Of a DNA stretch of 64,000 nucleotides, positions 30,336 through 39,253 are shown piece after piece. Every line of letters begins with the position of its first letter. Position 1 is the stretch's first letter. Position numbers and translations under genes: made by a program. The notes under the pieces were generated by a model, which worked only from the letters and a program-made list of their open reading frames with translations, searched no databases and was not told the DNA's origin. Source of the stretch: an uncultured bacterium (GTDB lineage Bacteria > Chloroflexota > UBA5177 > JANWHV01); assembly GCA_963729625.1 (NCBI GenBank), contig CAVSOU010000008.1, positions 576,001 to 640,000 of the forward strand, in the 5' to 3' direction.

Positions 30336-30731
30336 ATGATTACGGCAACGGAACGGCCCGCGCAGCCGGGCGCCGCCGGCGATATGGTGGCCCGGCCACG
30401 CGGCGACGTCGGCAAATCGACGCAACCTCGCGCGAGCGGTGGCGCTGCCGAGCAGCAGTTGCGCAGGAGCCAGGCGCTGCAGCGGCTGCCCGGCCTCAAG
30501 CAGAACATCGCCATGCTCAGCGTGGCGGCCTTCAGTGTCTTCAGCCTGCTGGTCGGCAGCCATCAAATCGGGAACGGCAGCGCGAGCGCGGCGACATCCG
30601 CGAGCCAGAATGGGAACGGCGCACAAGCGCAATCAAGCCAGGGAACCTCGGGGTACCTCAGTCAGAATCAAGGAGGCTATAGCTTTGGCTCAGGCGGTTC
30701 ATCGCCCGTTGCCGGATCCGGAACCTCCTGA
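30336..30731 (+). CDS. Small single-TM protein with Ser/Gly/Gln-rich tail ending SGTS (candidate ApbE substrate)
   Basis: GGGGAG RBS; hydrophobic IAMLSVAAFSVFSLLVG; low-complexity tail; first gene of the apbE operon. Confidence 0.7.
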   Translation: MITATERPAQPGAAGDMVARPRGDVGKSTQPRASGGAAEQQLRRSQALQRLPGLKQNIAMLSVAAFSVFSLLVGSHQIGNGSASAATSASQNGNGAQAQSSQGTSGYLSQNQGGYSFGSGGSSPVAGSGTS

Positions 30732-30750
30732 TCTGGATACACCTGCCGGC

Positions 30751-31734
30751 GTGGCGCGCGAGCGCTTCCACGCCATGGGCACGACGGTGTCGCTCCTGCT
30801 GCCGGAGGCGCGGGCAGGCGACGGCAGGCGGGCCGTCCAGGCGCTCTTCGAGGAGTGGGAGGAGACGCTCAGCCGCTTTCGACCCGACAGCGAGCTGTCG
30901 CGCCTCAATCGGAGCGCCGGCACGACGGTCGCGGTGAGCCCGCTGCTGTACCACGTGCTGCAGACGGCCCTGTCGGCAGCCGAAGCGACAGGAGGCGCCT
31001 ACGATCCGACACTGCAGCGCCAGATCGCGGAACTTGGCTACGACCGCACGTTCGACGATCTCATCACAACGCTGGAAGATGGCGGCAGCCTGCCTGAGCG
31101 CGTGACCGCGGAGGCAGCCCGGCCTCGGCCAGGCGGCGGCTGGCGCCGGATCAGGCTCGACCGGGAACGCGGCCGGGTCACGCTGCCCGAGGACGTCGGC
31201 GTGGATTTCGGAGGCATCGCCAAAGGGCTGGCGGTAGATGAGTCGCTCGTGCGGCTGAAGCTGATCGGCATCGAGGCGGCGATGGTCAACGCGGGTGGCG
31301 ACCTCGCCGTGCGCGGGCTGCCTCCACAGGCTGATTGCTGGCCCGTCGTGGTACAGGGTATCGGCCGTGCCTGGACCATCCCGCTGCGCAACGGCGCCAT
31401 TGCCACGTCGGGCGTCGCGCGCCGGCACTGGCGACGGGGAGGCAGCGAGCGCCATCACTTGCTCGATCCGGAAACCGGAATGCCGGCGGCGAGTGCGATG
31501 TGGGCCGTGACGGCAGTAGCCGGCGTCTGCGGTCAGGCCGAAGTGGCGGCGAAGACGGCATTCATCCGCGGCCCTGTCGGCGGTCGCGCGTTCCTCGAAT
31601 CGCACGGCTTGGCCGGGCTGCTGGTGCGGAGTGACGGCAGCTGGATCGTGGTCGGCAATTTGCTGCTTACCGATCTGGAGGAAGTTGGCTTACCGGGGCC
31701 AGGGTGGGGAGAATGGCGGATTGGAATCAGGTGA
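30751..31734 (+). CDS. apbE: FAD:protein FMN transferase, no signal peptide
   Basis: AMGT, LSRFRPDSELSRLN, DFGGIAKG, VNAGGD, IATSG, HHLLDPETG. Confidence 0.92.
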   Translation: MARERFHAMGTTVSLLLPEARAGDGRRAVQALFEEWEETLSRFRPDSELSRLNRSAGTTVAVSPLLYHVLQTALSAAEATGGAYDPTLQRQIAELGYDRTFDDLITTLEDGGSLPERVTAEAARPRPGGGWRRIRLDRERGRVTLPEDVGVDFGGIAKGLAVDESLVRLKLIGIEAAMVNAGGDLAVRGLPPQADCWPVVVQGIGRAWTIPLRNGAIATSGVARRHWRRGGSERHHLLDPETGMPAASAMWAVTAVAGVCGQAEVAAKTAFIRGPVGGRAFLESHGLAGLLVRSDGSWIVVGNLLLTDLEEVGLPGPGWGEWRIGIR

Positions 31735-32333
31735 CGTGGACAGTGGCCCGCGCCGGCGGTATGACGGCGTATGCGCTGGTCACCGCCTCGGTGGTGCTCG
31801 GCCTCGCGCTTTCAATGCGCTGGCAGCGGCCAAACTGGCCGCGCCTGATTACCAAAGAGCTGCACTCGTTCGTCACGCTGCTCAGCCTGGTGTTCGTGAT
31901 CGTGCATGTCGGCGCCGTGTGGATCGACCCGTACCTGAATTTCAGCTGGAACGAGGTGTTCGTGCCCTTTGCCAGTCACTATCGCCCCCTGTGGACGGCC
32001 TTGGGCATCGTATCGCTCTACTTGCTGCTCGCGGTGCGTATCAGCACGCAGATCCGACCGCTGATCGGACAGCCCTGGTGGCGACGGCTGCACGGCCTGG
32101 CCTTCGCCGTGTTCGCATTCTCTACTGTTCATGGTATGACAGCGGGAAGCGATATGCGCACGCCGTGGGCTATCGCCATGTACTGCACCGCCGTGCTGCT
32201 GGTGGGCGGGCTTCTGCAGGTGCGTCTCTTGACGCCGATCGGCGCGCGCGGTCGCACGTATCCGAACCTCGCCGCCGGAGCGCTGGTGTTCACATTGGGC
32301 TGCCTGGTGTGGACGCTGACCGCGCCCCTCTGA
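31713..32333 (+). CDS. Ferric-reductase-like (MsrQ-like) di-heme transmembrane protein
   Basis: WTVARAGG, four TM His (LH, VH, WRRLH, VH), GSD; no FAD/NAD domain. Confidence 0.88.
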   Translation: MADWNQVTWTVARAGGMTAYALVTASVVLGLALSMRWQRPNWPRLITKELHSFVTLLSLVFVIVHVGAVWIDPYLNFSWNEVFVPFASHYRPLWTALGIVSLYLLLAVRISTQIRPLIGQPWWRRLHGLAFAVFAFSTVHGMTAGSDMRTPWAIAMYCTAVLLVGGLLQVRLLTPIGARGRTYPNLAAGALVFTLGCLVWTLTAPL

Positions 32334-32437
32334 GGCGGAACTGTAGCGGAGAGTGAAGCCGAGGGCATGTGTCGGGCCGGAGAGCACGCCATGCCTCGGC
32401 CAGTGCGGAGCTCAGCCCCTCACCAGCCTGAAAACGG

Positions 32438-32986
32438 GTGTCCCTATCGTTCCCGTGGAGTTCGGTATACCGCCGAGGCAGTGCGCTGGGCGCGCATAGG
32501 GGATTGGCCACGCGTGAACGCCCGTTCAACGGAATGCGGCAGGCCGGCTATGGTACAGTGGAGCCGCATGGGTACGAGAGCGCAACGAGGGGCCGCGAGT
32601 GTGATTTCCTATGCAAGCGTGATCAAGTACTGCACTCAGACGCCCACCGGTTGGAGATCGACCTGCTGCGCGCCGGCACCCGGGCGCCGGACATACCGCA
32701 TGGCGCCGCTCACGCGGCGGTGTTGCATCGTGCAGGAACCCTCATGCTCGAGACCTTGATCGGAACGCTACGCGAGCCCCTGCCGACGATCGCCGTACCC
32801 TTGCGTGCACCGGTGGCCGATGTGCCGCTCGACCTGCAGGAACTGGTGGAGACCGTCTACGACCGCTATCGCTACGACGCGAGCGTCGAGTACGGAGACG
32901 ACCCGCCGCCACCCCAGTTGCCGGAACCGGATATCCGCTGGCTTCGGGAGCGCGTCGAAGCGTGGCAGCAGCCACGGAGCCCCTGA
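32438..32986 (+). pseudogene. DUF4058-like protein, N-terminally truncated or degenerate
   Basis: KR..VL.SD.H.LEIDLLRAG and LREPLPTIAVPLR...LDLQ...Y match the C-terminal half; no recognisable MPSPFPGMDP-type N-terminus. Confidence 0.6.
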
Positions 32987-33246
32987 CGCCCACTGGCTGG
33001 CTCCGGCGATGCCGCGCCTCAATACTGCACCCGCTTAACTTTGCGGATACCGCCGAGGCACTATGCCCCAAAGTGCCGCGGTGAGAGTTTTTGAGAGCCC
33101 CAACCCTGCACGTGATAGCGTGCGGTGACCTACAGTGGCAACAGATCGAGCGCACGGCAGCAATCCCTGAATTCGGGTACGGTGTCTCGAATCGGGATGT
33201 CAGGGATGCAGCGGCACGCGTCGCTCCGCAGTGAGAGGAGAGGGAC

Positions 33247-35073
33247 ATGCTCTCGTTGTTCACTGGCCTTGCAGTGATCGTCGCGGTTGCCGCTATCCTG
33301 GCCTGTGCTCGCCCATCTCTCGCGCCGATGCCGCGCGTCGCCTGGCTGCCTCCGCGGGCAGTCACCTACTTTCTGGCTCTCGCCGCCTTGCTGACCATCC
33401 TGTTTGCCGCTGCCACCCTGCTCGCCGTTGGCGCCGCCCTGGTCACCGGACAAGTCGGCGACACTATCAGTCCGGGTGATGCCCGCGATCGTGCCAGTCT
33501 GGCCATCGCCGCCCTCATCGTCGCCCTGCCACTCTGGCTGGTGTTCTGGGCCGCAGCCAAACGCCGTCTGGCCCTTTCGCCGTCGGAGCAGGACGCCAAG
33601 GAGCGGCGCCTGTTCCTGGCCGCGGTCTTCGTCGTCACATCGGTGGTGGCGCTCTTTGCCCTTCAGTTTGTGCTGCAATCCGTGTTCACTTTGCCGGCTC
33701 CAGAGAATCAGCGCCCGACACTTGCCGGAGCAATCGACGCCGCTTCGCGCCTGGTGGTCTACGGGGCGGCCTGGCTCGCGTTCGCCCGTCTGGGTTGGCG
33801 CGAGCGGGCGCCGCGATCAGTCGATGCGTTCCACGACCTCGCGCTGGCCACGCTGGCCCTGTTTTCGCTCGGCTTCCTCTGGCACGGCCTCTTCGATGCC
33901 CTTCAGCAGATGCTTGGCGGCCTGGTCGGGCGGTCCTCCACCGGAGACTGGAGCGATCTTGTCCGGTCCAACTGGTCCATTTGGGGAGAGATCGCGGCGT
34001 GGATCCTGTCCGGCGCCACTGTCTGGACAGCGTACCTTGGCTACGATCTATCCCTGGGCGGACGGCGCCAGATACGGGTGCTGTACCTCTACGCGGTTGT
34101 GCTGTTCGCCGGCTGGGTGACCGTGATTATGGCCACTGTGACGACGTTCGAGCTCTTCCAGCGCCTGTTTGGCTACCGCCCACCATTCGGTGACCTGTGG
34201 GCATTTCTCGCCGATCAATTACCGTGGTTATTGCCCGCCGGCCTGATCTGGGCCGTGCACTGGCTCATCATTCGCCGGCAGGGGACCATCGACGGGCAGC
34301 CGCGGGAATTCGCCCGCGGGATCACCTGGCCCCGGCGGCCGGCCCTGGCTATCCAGGTCTTCTGCGGCCTGGGCATGGCAGGCGCAGGCATGCTCACCAT
34401 GATCTGGCTCGCCATCGATGCCCTATGGGGCCCTGGCGTTCCATACAGGGCGCCAGATTGGTGGCGAGAGCAACTGTGCTCTGGGCTCGCCGCGACATGT
34501 GTTGGACTTGCGCTCTGGCTGCCGGCGTGGCTGCTCTTGCAACGAGCCGCGGCGGCTTTGCCCATGCAGGAGCGTCCTGCGCGCTCCCGACGCGTACTGC
34601 TCAGTGGCATCGTCGTGACGACGGGTCTTGCCGCGCTTGGCTTCGCTATCGCCGCGCTCTGGCTGCTTATCCGCGCCGTGCTCGGCGAGGGGCTGGACGC
34701 AGCGGCGCGCGTGGAAACGCTGCAATACCTGTGCACGGCGCTGGCTGCCGGCTCCGTGTGCGCCGCACACGGCCTTGTCCTGCGCGAGGATCGGCGCTGG
34801 CAGATCCGGCGAGTTTCGCGCCTGCGTGTCTCAGTCCTGGTGGAGAATGGCGCCGGGGACATGCTTTCAGCCCTCAGTGCGCTGCCTGCAGTCAGGGTGG
34901 AGATCGTGGGTCATCTCGGCGAAGCGCAGGTCTTGCCCGGCCAGGATTTCCACGCTCTGGCCGCGCTCCTGGCTGAGCTACCCGATCACGACGGCCCGGA
35001 TGGCGCCGTCCTTGTGCTCGGGCGCACTGCCAGCACTTACTATCCCTATACTAAGGAAGCCGGCGCTCGTTAG
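33247..35073 (+). CDS. Multi-pass membrane protein with repeated DUF5671-like units
   Basis: Many TM helices in repeats, RRLFL / RVLYLY / RRVLL, PLWLVFW; GAGGAG RBS. Confidence 0.72.
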   Translation: MLSLFTGLAVIVAVAAILACARPSLAPMPRVAWLPPRAVTYFLALAALLTILFAAATLLAVGAALVTGQVGDTISPGDARDRASLAIAALIVALPLWLVFWAAAKRRLALSPSEQDAKERRLFLAAVFVVTSVVALFALQFVLQSVFTLPAPENQRPTLAGAIDAASRLVVYGAAWLAFARLGWRERAPRSVDAFHDLALATLALFSLGFLWHGLFDALQQMLGGLVGRSSTGDWSDLVRSNWSIWGEIAAWILSGATVWTAYLGYDLSLGGRRQIRVLYLYAVVLFAGWVTVIMATVTTFELFQRLFGYRPPFGDLWAFLADQLPWLLPAGLIWAVHWLIIRRQGTIDGQPREFARGITWPRRPALAIQVFCGLGMAGAGMLTMIWLAIDALWGPGVPYRAPDWWREQLCSGLAATCVGLALWLPAWLLLQRAAAALPMQERPARSRRVLLSGIVVTTGLAALGFAIAALWLLIRAVLGEGLDAAARVETLQYLCTALAAGSVCAAHGLVLREDRRWQIRRVSRLRVSVLVENGAGDMLSALSALPAVRVEIVGHLGEAQVLPGQDFHALAALLAELPDHDGPDGAVLVLGRTASTYYPYTKEAGAR

Positions 35074-35960
35074 CGCAATCCGGCCAGGAGATCTCGCTCG
35101 GGTAGAGGCGCATCGACGGTAGAGCACACGCGCACGTACTCTTCGTCATCGAATGCGCGCAGCACGACCTCCGGTCGCACGCCGAACAGAAAGAATTCGG
35201 GCGCTATCTGCGTGCGATGGCAGCGAAGCGCCGCCAGCTTGCGTTCGGCGAAGCTCAGCGTGTCGATGCGCGTGGTGATGCGCTCGTCAGGAATGCCGCG
35301 GCGTGGCGAGCCAGGAGGCGGAGGAGTGCGCAGCCAGGGGATGTTGAGGTCGAGCTCCTCGGCCATCGCCCGCCAGCGATCGATCTGGGCCACGCTGCGT
35401 CCGCACATGTAGAGCTTCTTCGGCTGCCACGGCTCGCCGGCGTCCGAGTACTTCGACGCATCGCCCGCGGCGTCGAAGGTCCGGCCGGTGATCTGATAGG
35501 CCTTGATATGGTCGGGGTGTCCATAGCTGCCGTTTTCGTCATAGCTGACCAGGACGTGAGGGCGATACTTGCGGACGAGCCGCACCAGCCGGCCGGTGGC
35601 TTCCTCGGGGTCGGACATGTGGAAGCAATCCGGGTTCTGATTGGCCTCCGTGCCGGCCATGCCGGAATCTCGATACCCAAGGTACTCGAGCGTCTCGATG
35701 CCCAGGACGCGCGCGGCAGCCTCGAGCTCGCCTCTGCGCACGTCGCGAAGGCGAGAGCGTATGTCGGCCGTATTCAGGGCCGGATCGACGATCTCGCCCT
35801 CTTCGCCGCCCGTACAGCACACATTGATGGTATGGACACCCTGCTCCGCATATTGGGCCAGCATGCCGCCTGTCGCGAACACTTCGTCGTCGGGGTGGGC
35901 GTGCACGGTCATCACGGCCAGACGTTCAAACACTCTACCTGCCATGGTCCAATCACTCAT
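35070..35960 (-). CDS. PIG-L family deacetylase (Mca/MshB-like)
   Basis: HAHPDDE, TGGEEGE, YRDSGM, YGHPDH, HRTQ. Confidence 0.9.
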   Translation of the reverse strand: MSDWTMAGRVFERLAVMTVHAHPDDEVFATGGMLAQYAEQGVHTINVCCTGGEEGEIVDPALNTADIRSRLRDVRRGELEAAARVLGIETLEYLGYRDSGMAGTEANQNPDCFHMSDPEEATGRLVRLVRKYRPHVLVSYDENGSYGHPDHIKAYQITGRTFDAAGDASKYSDAGEPWQPKKLYMCGRSVAQIDRWRAMAEELDLNIPWLRTPPPPGSPRRGIPDERITTRIDTLSFAERKLAALRCHRTQIAPEFFLFGVRPEVVLRAFDDEEYVRVCSTVDAPLPERDLLAGLR

Positions 35961-36124
35961 CTGCGATAACGGATCTCATCTGAATAAAGTGTGCCTGCTG
36001 GTGCTCTTTAGCGCCAGATTGCGGACCATCACCCGCCCAAAAGCCACGCATCGTGCATTGAGCAGGCATGCACGCACGTTCTTCCTCGTGCATGCCGGGC
36101 GTCCCACATCGTGTGTGGCGCGTG

Positions 36125-36715
36125 CTAGAAGCCGCGCTCGATCCATTCGGCAAGACGCGGCTTCTCGGCGCCGATTGTCGTGCTGCGGCCATGGCCTGGA
36201 TAGACAATGGTCGCGTCGGGAAGCGTGAACAGCTTGGCGCGAATGCTCTCGATGATCAATGCGAAGTCCCCACCCGGACGCTTGGTCAGGCCGGGCCCGC
36301 CGGGAAAAAGCGTATCCCCTGCGATGAGGAATGGCGCGGCATGGAGGCAGATACTGCCTGGCGTGTGCCCGGGAGTATGCAGCACCCTGAGCTCGGCCTC
36401 TCCGACGCGAACGACGTCGCCGTCAAGCAGCAAGCCGTCGACGGGTCGTCCATCCAGCAGATGCACGTCGTCGGGATGCATGGCCACAGGGGCACCGGTT
36501 GCTGCTCGTACCTCGTCAAGCGCCAGGAAGTGATCGCGGTCGCCATGGGTGATGACGATGAGCTCCAGCTCACGCGTGCCCAGCGCATCGAGAATCGCCT
36601 CCGCGTCGTTGGCCGGATCGACGAGCAGGCGCTTTCCGGTTGAGGAGCACGTGAGAATGTACACATTGTTGTCCATCGTGCCAACGGAGATGGATCTGAC
36701 GTCGAGCGCGCTCAT
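36125..36715 (-). CDS. MBL-fold metallohydrolase (glyoxalase II-like) with variant HxDxDH motif
   Basis: THGDRDH, HTPGHTPGS, GDTLFPGG, YPGHG. Confidence 0.9.
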   Translation of the reverse strand: MSALDVRSISVGTMDNNVYILTCSSTGKRLLVDPANDAEAILDALGTRELELIVITHGDRDHFLALDEVRAATGAPVAMHPDDVHLLDGRPVDGLLLDGDVVRVGEAELRVLHTPGHTPGSICLHAAPFLIAGDTLFPGGPGLTKRPGGDFALIIESIRAKLFTLPDATIVYPGHGRSTTIGAEKPRLAEWIERGF

Positions 36716-37005
36716 ACAGCCTCTATGGTGCTCGTAAGCCCGTAGATCTGCTCGAATCGCTCGCGATAGTGCTCGGCCGGTTCCTTCGGGCACGTCGTAG
36801 CAATAGCCTGGCCGGTTGTGTCGACCAGCGTGGCGATTTCCCAGCCATCGTGAAAGGTCTTGCCCGGAATGACATGCTGCACCGCTTTCGCCACGTCGTC
36901 GTACGTATGAATCGGGTCGTCATGGATGATCACGTGGTATGGGCGAGTCAGTTTTACCTTGAGCCGCTCAAGCAACTCCTGATCCGGGACGGTGGATACG
37001 CTCAT
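36712..37005 (-). CDS. clpS: ATP-dependent Clp protease adaptor ClpS-like (variant pocket)
   Basis: PYHVIIHDDPIHTYDDV, TGQAI..TCPKEPAEHY, GLTSTIE. Confidence 0.8.
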   Translation of the reverse strand: MSVSTVPDQELLERLKVKLTRPYHVIIHDDPIHTYDDVAKAVQHVIPGKTFHDGWEIATLVDTTGQAIATTCPKEPAEHYRERFEQIYGLTSTIEAV

Positions 37006-37129
37006 CGATGCCCCCGCTTCCATGCTGCGTGCGGATATCTCTCCCTTGACCCTCGTCAGCCCGAGGGGCTGAGCTGTGCTGCACTTCCTGCCGTACGCCC
37101 AACCCAGGAGAAACGGCAGACTGAGCGTG

Positions 37130-38308
37130 CTACGCGTGCGTGATCACTGCCGCACCGTCGGTTGCCCGGCAGCGATAGATTACAGCATCCCTACCGATAT
37201 GTTCCCGATACCCGGCAGACGTGGCCTCGGCGAAACGGTCAAACTTGGTTTCATCCACCAGGGCGATCGCGCAACCGCCAAAGCCGCCGCCCATCATACG
37301 GGCGCCGTAGCAGCCAGGCGCATTTTCGGCTGCGTCTACCATTGTGTCAAGCTCCTTGCAGCTTACCTCGTAGTCATCCCGAAGGCTGGCATGAGAGGCG
37401 CGCACGAGGGCGCCGGCTTTTGTCAGGTCATTGTTCCGGAACGCGGCGACACATTCAAGCGTCCGTACGTTTTCGCTTACCACATGATGGGCGCGGCGAT
37501 AGAGCATCTCTGGGAGGAATAACTTGAGATCAGTCAGCCACGCGGGATCGACGTCCCGCAGTGTGCGAATTCCCCCGACGTGGGGCCGCAACAGCGTAAC
37601 GGCCTCTTCGCACGAGCGTCGCCGATCGTTGTAGGCTGAGCCGGCAAGCGCCCTGCGAACCCTGGTGTCGCACAATCCGAGAACCAACCCTGCCGGAAGG
37701 GGCACCAGTTCGTGTGTTTGCGACCGGCAATCGAGCAACAAGGCGTGGTCTGCCTTGCCGTTGCGCGACGCATACTGATCCATGATTCCGACACGCACGC
37801 CCAGGTACTCATTCTCCACCCATTGGGAGATCAGCACGCTGGTGAGCGCGTCGACCGGAAACTCGGCGAGAGCCGAGATGAGCAGCACGGAGCCCACGCA
37901 TAGGGCAGCCGACGAGCTCATACCTGCCCCAGAGGGCACGTCGCCGGTGACGGCGACTTCCATGCCCGGCAGAATGGCGCCTCGTGCGCGCAAACCCGTG
38001 GCCACACCCGCGATGTATTTCATCCACTGATCGGCCGGCTTGGTGTCGCTAATCTCCCAGCTAGCCGACTGATCGAGGGTCTTCGTATAGGCCGCTATTG
38101 TCTGCCCCGGCACAATGCGGCCGGCGAGAAGCACGGCGCGATCGACCGCGGCAGGAAGCACGAAGCCTGCATTGTAGTCCGTGTGCTCACCAATGATATT
38201 CACTCGTCCCGGCGCCCGCACCACGATTGTCTTCGATTCGCGGGGGCCGAAGTGCTCATCGAGCAGTGTTGTCAAACGCAGCTCGGTAGGCTCGTCGGTT
38301 GCCTGCAT
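37130..38308 (-). CDS. galK: Galactokinase
   Basis: APGRVNIIGEHTDYN, GAGMSSSAA, GARMMGGGFGG. Confidence 0.95.
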   Translation of the reverse strand: MQATDEPTELRLTTLLDEHFGPRESKTIVVRAPGRVNIIGEHTDYNAGFVLPAAVDRAVLLAGRIVPGQTIAAYTKTLDQSASWEISDTKPADQWMKYIAGVATGLRARGAILPGMEVAVTGDVPSGAGMSSSAALCVGSVLLISALAEFPVDALTSVLISQWVENEYLGVRVGIMDQYASRNGKADHALLLDCRSQTHELVPLPAGLVLGLCDTRVRRALAGSAYNDRRRSCEEAVTLLRPHVGGIRTLRDVDPAWLTDLKLFLPEMLYRRAHHVVSENVRTLECVAAFRNNDLTKAGALVRASHASLRDDYEVSCKELDTMVDAAENAPGCYGARMMGGGFGGCAIALVDETKFDRFAEATSAGYREHIGRDAVIYRCRATDGAAVITHA

Positions 38309-38366
38309 TGCACTGTCTCCTCCCAGCTCGCCGGGACAATCCAAAACGATCCGCAGTGAGCCCTGT

Positions 38367-39146
38367 CTATTCTACATAGTAGTCCAGGCGCCTGACGGAT
38401 GATGCCAATCCGGTCTCGGTATTAATCTCCACTATGACAGAGTTTACGTCTACTGGACCTTCGGCGGGCTGCGCGTGATGGGACATGAGTGTCGTGAAGC
38501 CCGAGATCACCGGCTCGACAGCCATGCCGATAACCGACTGCCGGACGCCGACCATGCCGACGTCGGTCACGTAGGCCGTACCCCGTGGCAGGATCTGCAC
38601 ATCGGCGGTCGGGACATGCGTGTGCGTTCCCAGCACGGCGCTGACACGCCCATCGAGGTAGAACCCCATGGCCCGCTTTTCACTGGTTGCCTCGGCGTGA
38701 AAATCGACGATCACGACCCTCGTCCTGCCGCCGACTGTCGCCAACGCCTCGTCTACGGCACGAAACGGGTCGTCGATCGGACGCATGAACAATCGGCCGA
38801 GTGCGTTAAGCACGAGCACCGGCACAGGCCCGACCTGGAGCACCACGGCGCCTCTTCCAGGGACACTCGAGGGGTAATTGAGCGGGCGAAGCACACGAGA
38901 GTCCCGGTTGAGCAGGTCGGATGCTTCACGGCGATGCCAGACATGGTTGCCGGAGGTGATCGCGTCGACTCCCGCCTGAAAGAGGCTGTTGGCGCCGGAC
39001 ATCGTTACGCCGGCGCCGTGGGAGACGTTCTCGCCGTTCGCAATCACCAGGTCGATGGACTCGCGGCGCCGCAGTTCCGGCAGCGTGGCGGATATCGCCT
39101 CGCGACCGGGTCGCCCGAACACATCCCCAATGAACAAGAGGCGCAC
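38367..39146 (-). CDS. ymdB: TIGR00282-type metallophosphoesterase
   Basis: GDVFG, NGEN, SGNH, DFHAEATSEK, GTHTH; downstream of rny. Confidence 0.93.
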   Translation of the reverse strand: MRLLFIGDVFGRPGREAISATLPELRRRESIDLVIANGENVSHGAGVTMSGANSLFQAGVDAITSGNHVWHRREASDLLNRDSRVLRPLNYPSSVPGRGAVVLQVGPVPVLVLNALGRLFMRPIDDPFRAVDEALATVGGRTRVVIVDFHAEATSEKRAMGFYLDGRVSAVLGTHTHVPTADVQILPRGTAYVTDVGMVGVRQSVIGMAVEPVISGFTTLMSHHAQPAEGPVDVNSVIVEINTETGLASSVRRLDYYVE

Positions 39147-39180
39147 CTGCCGTTACCCTTCCGACCGGGCGTGACGCCAA

Positions 39181-39224
39181 CGTACACGGCCCGTGTCTGG
39201 CGCTTCAGACGCGGGCGGTGTACG
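39181..39224. other. 19-bp stem-loop in the rny-ymdB intergenic region
   Basis: cgtacacggcccgtgtctg / cagacgcgggcggtgtacg. Confidence 0.65.
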
Positions 39225-39253
39225 GGCGCGACTCCGGGTACAGGTGAAGAAGC

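Noticed and set aside
33003-33055. Fluoride riboswitch-like GGCGATG start
   Set aside because: Pseudoknot partner and conserved 3' motif are missing.
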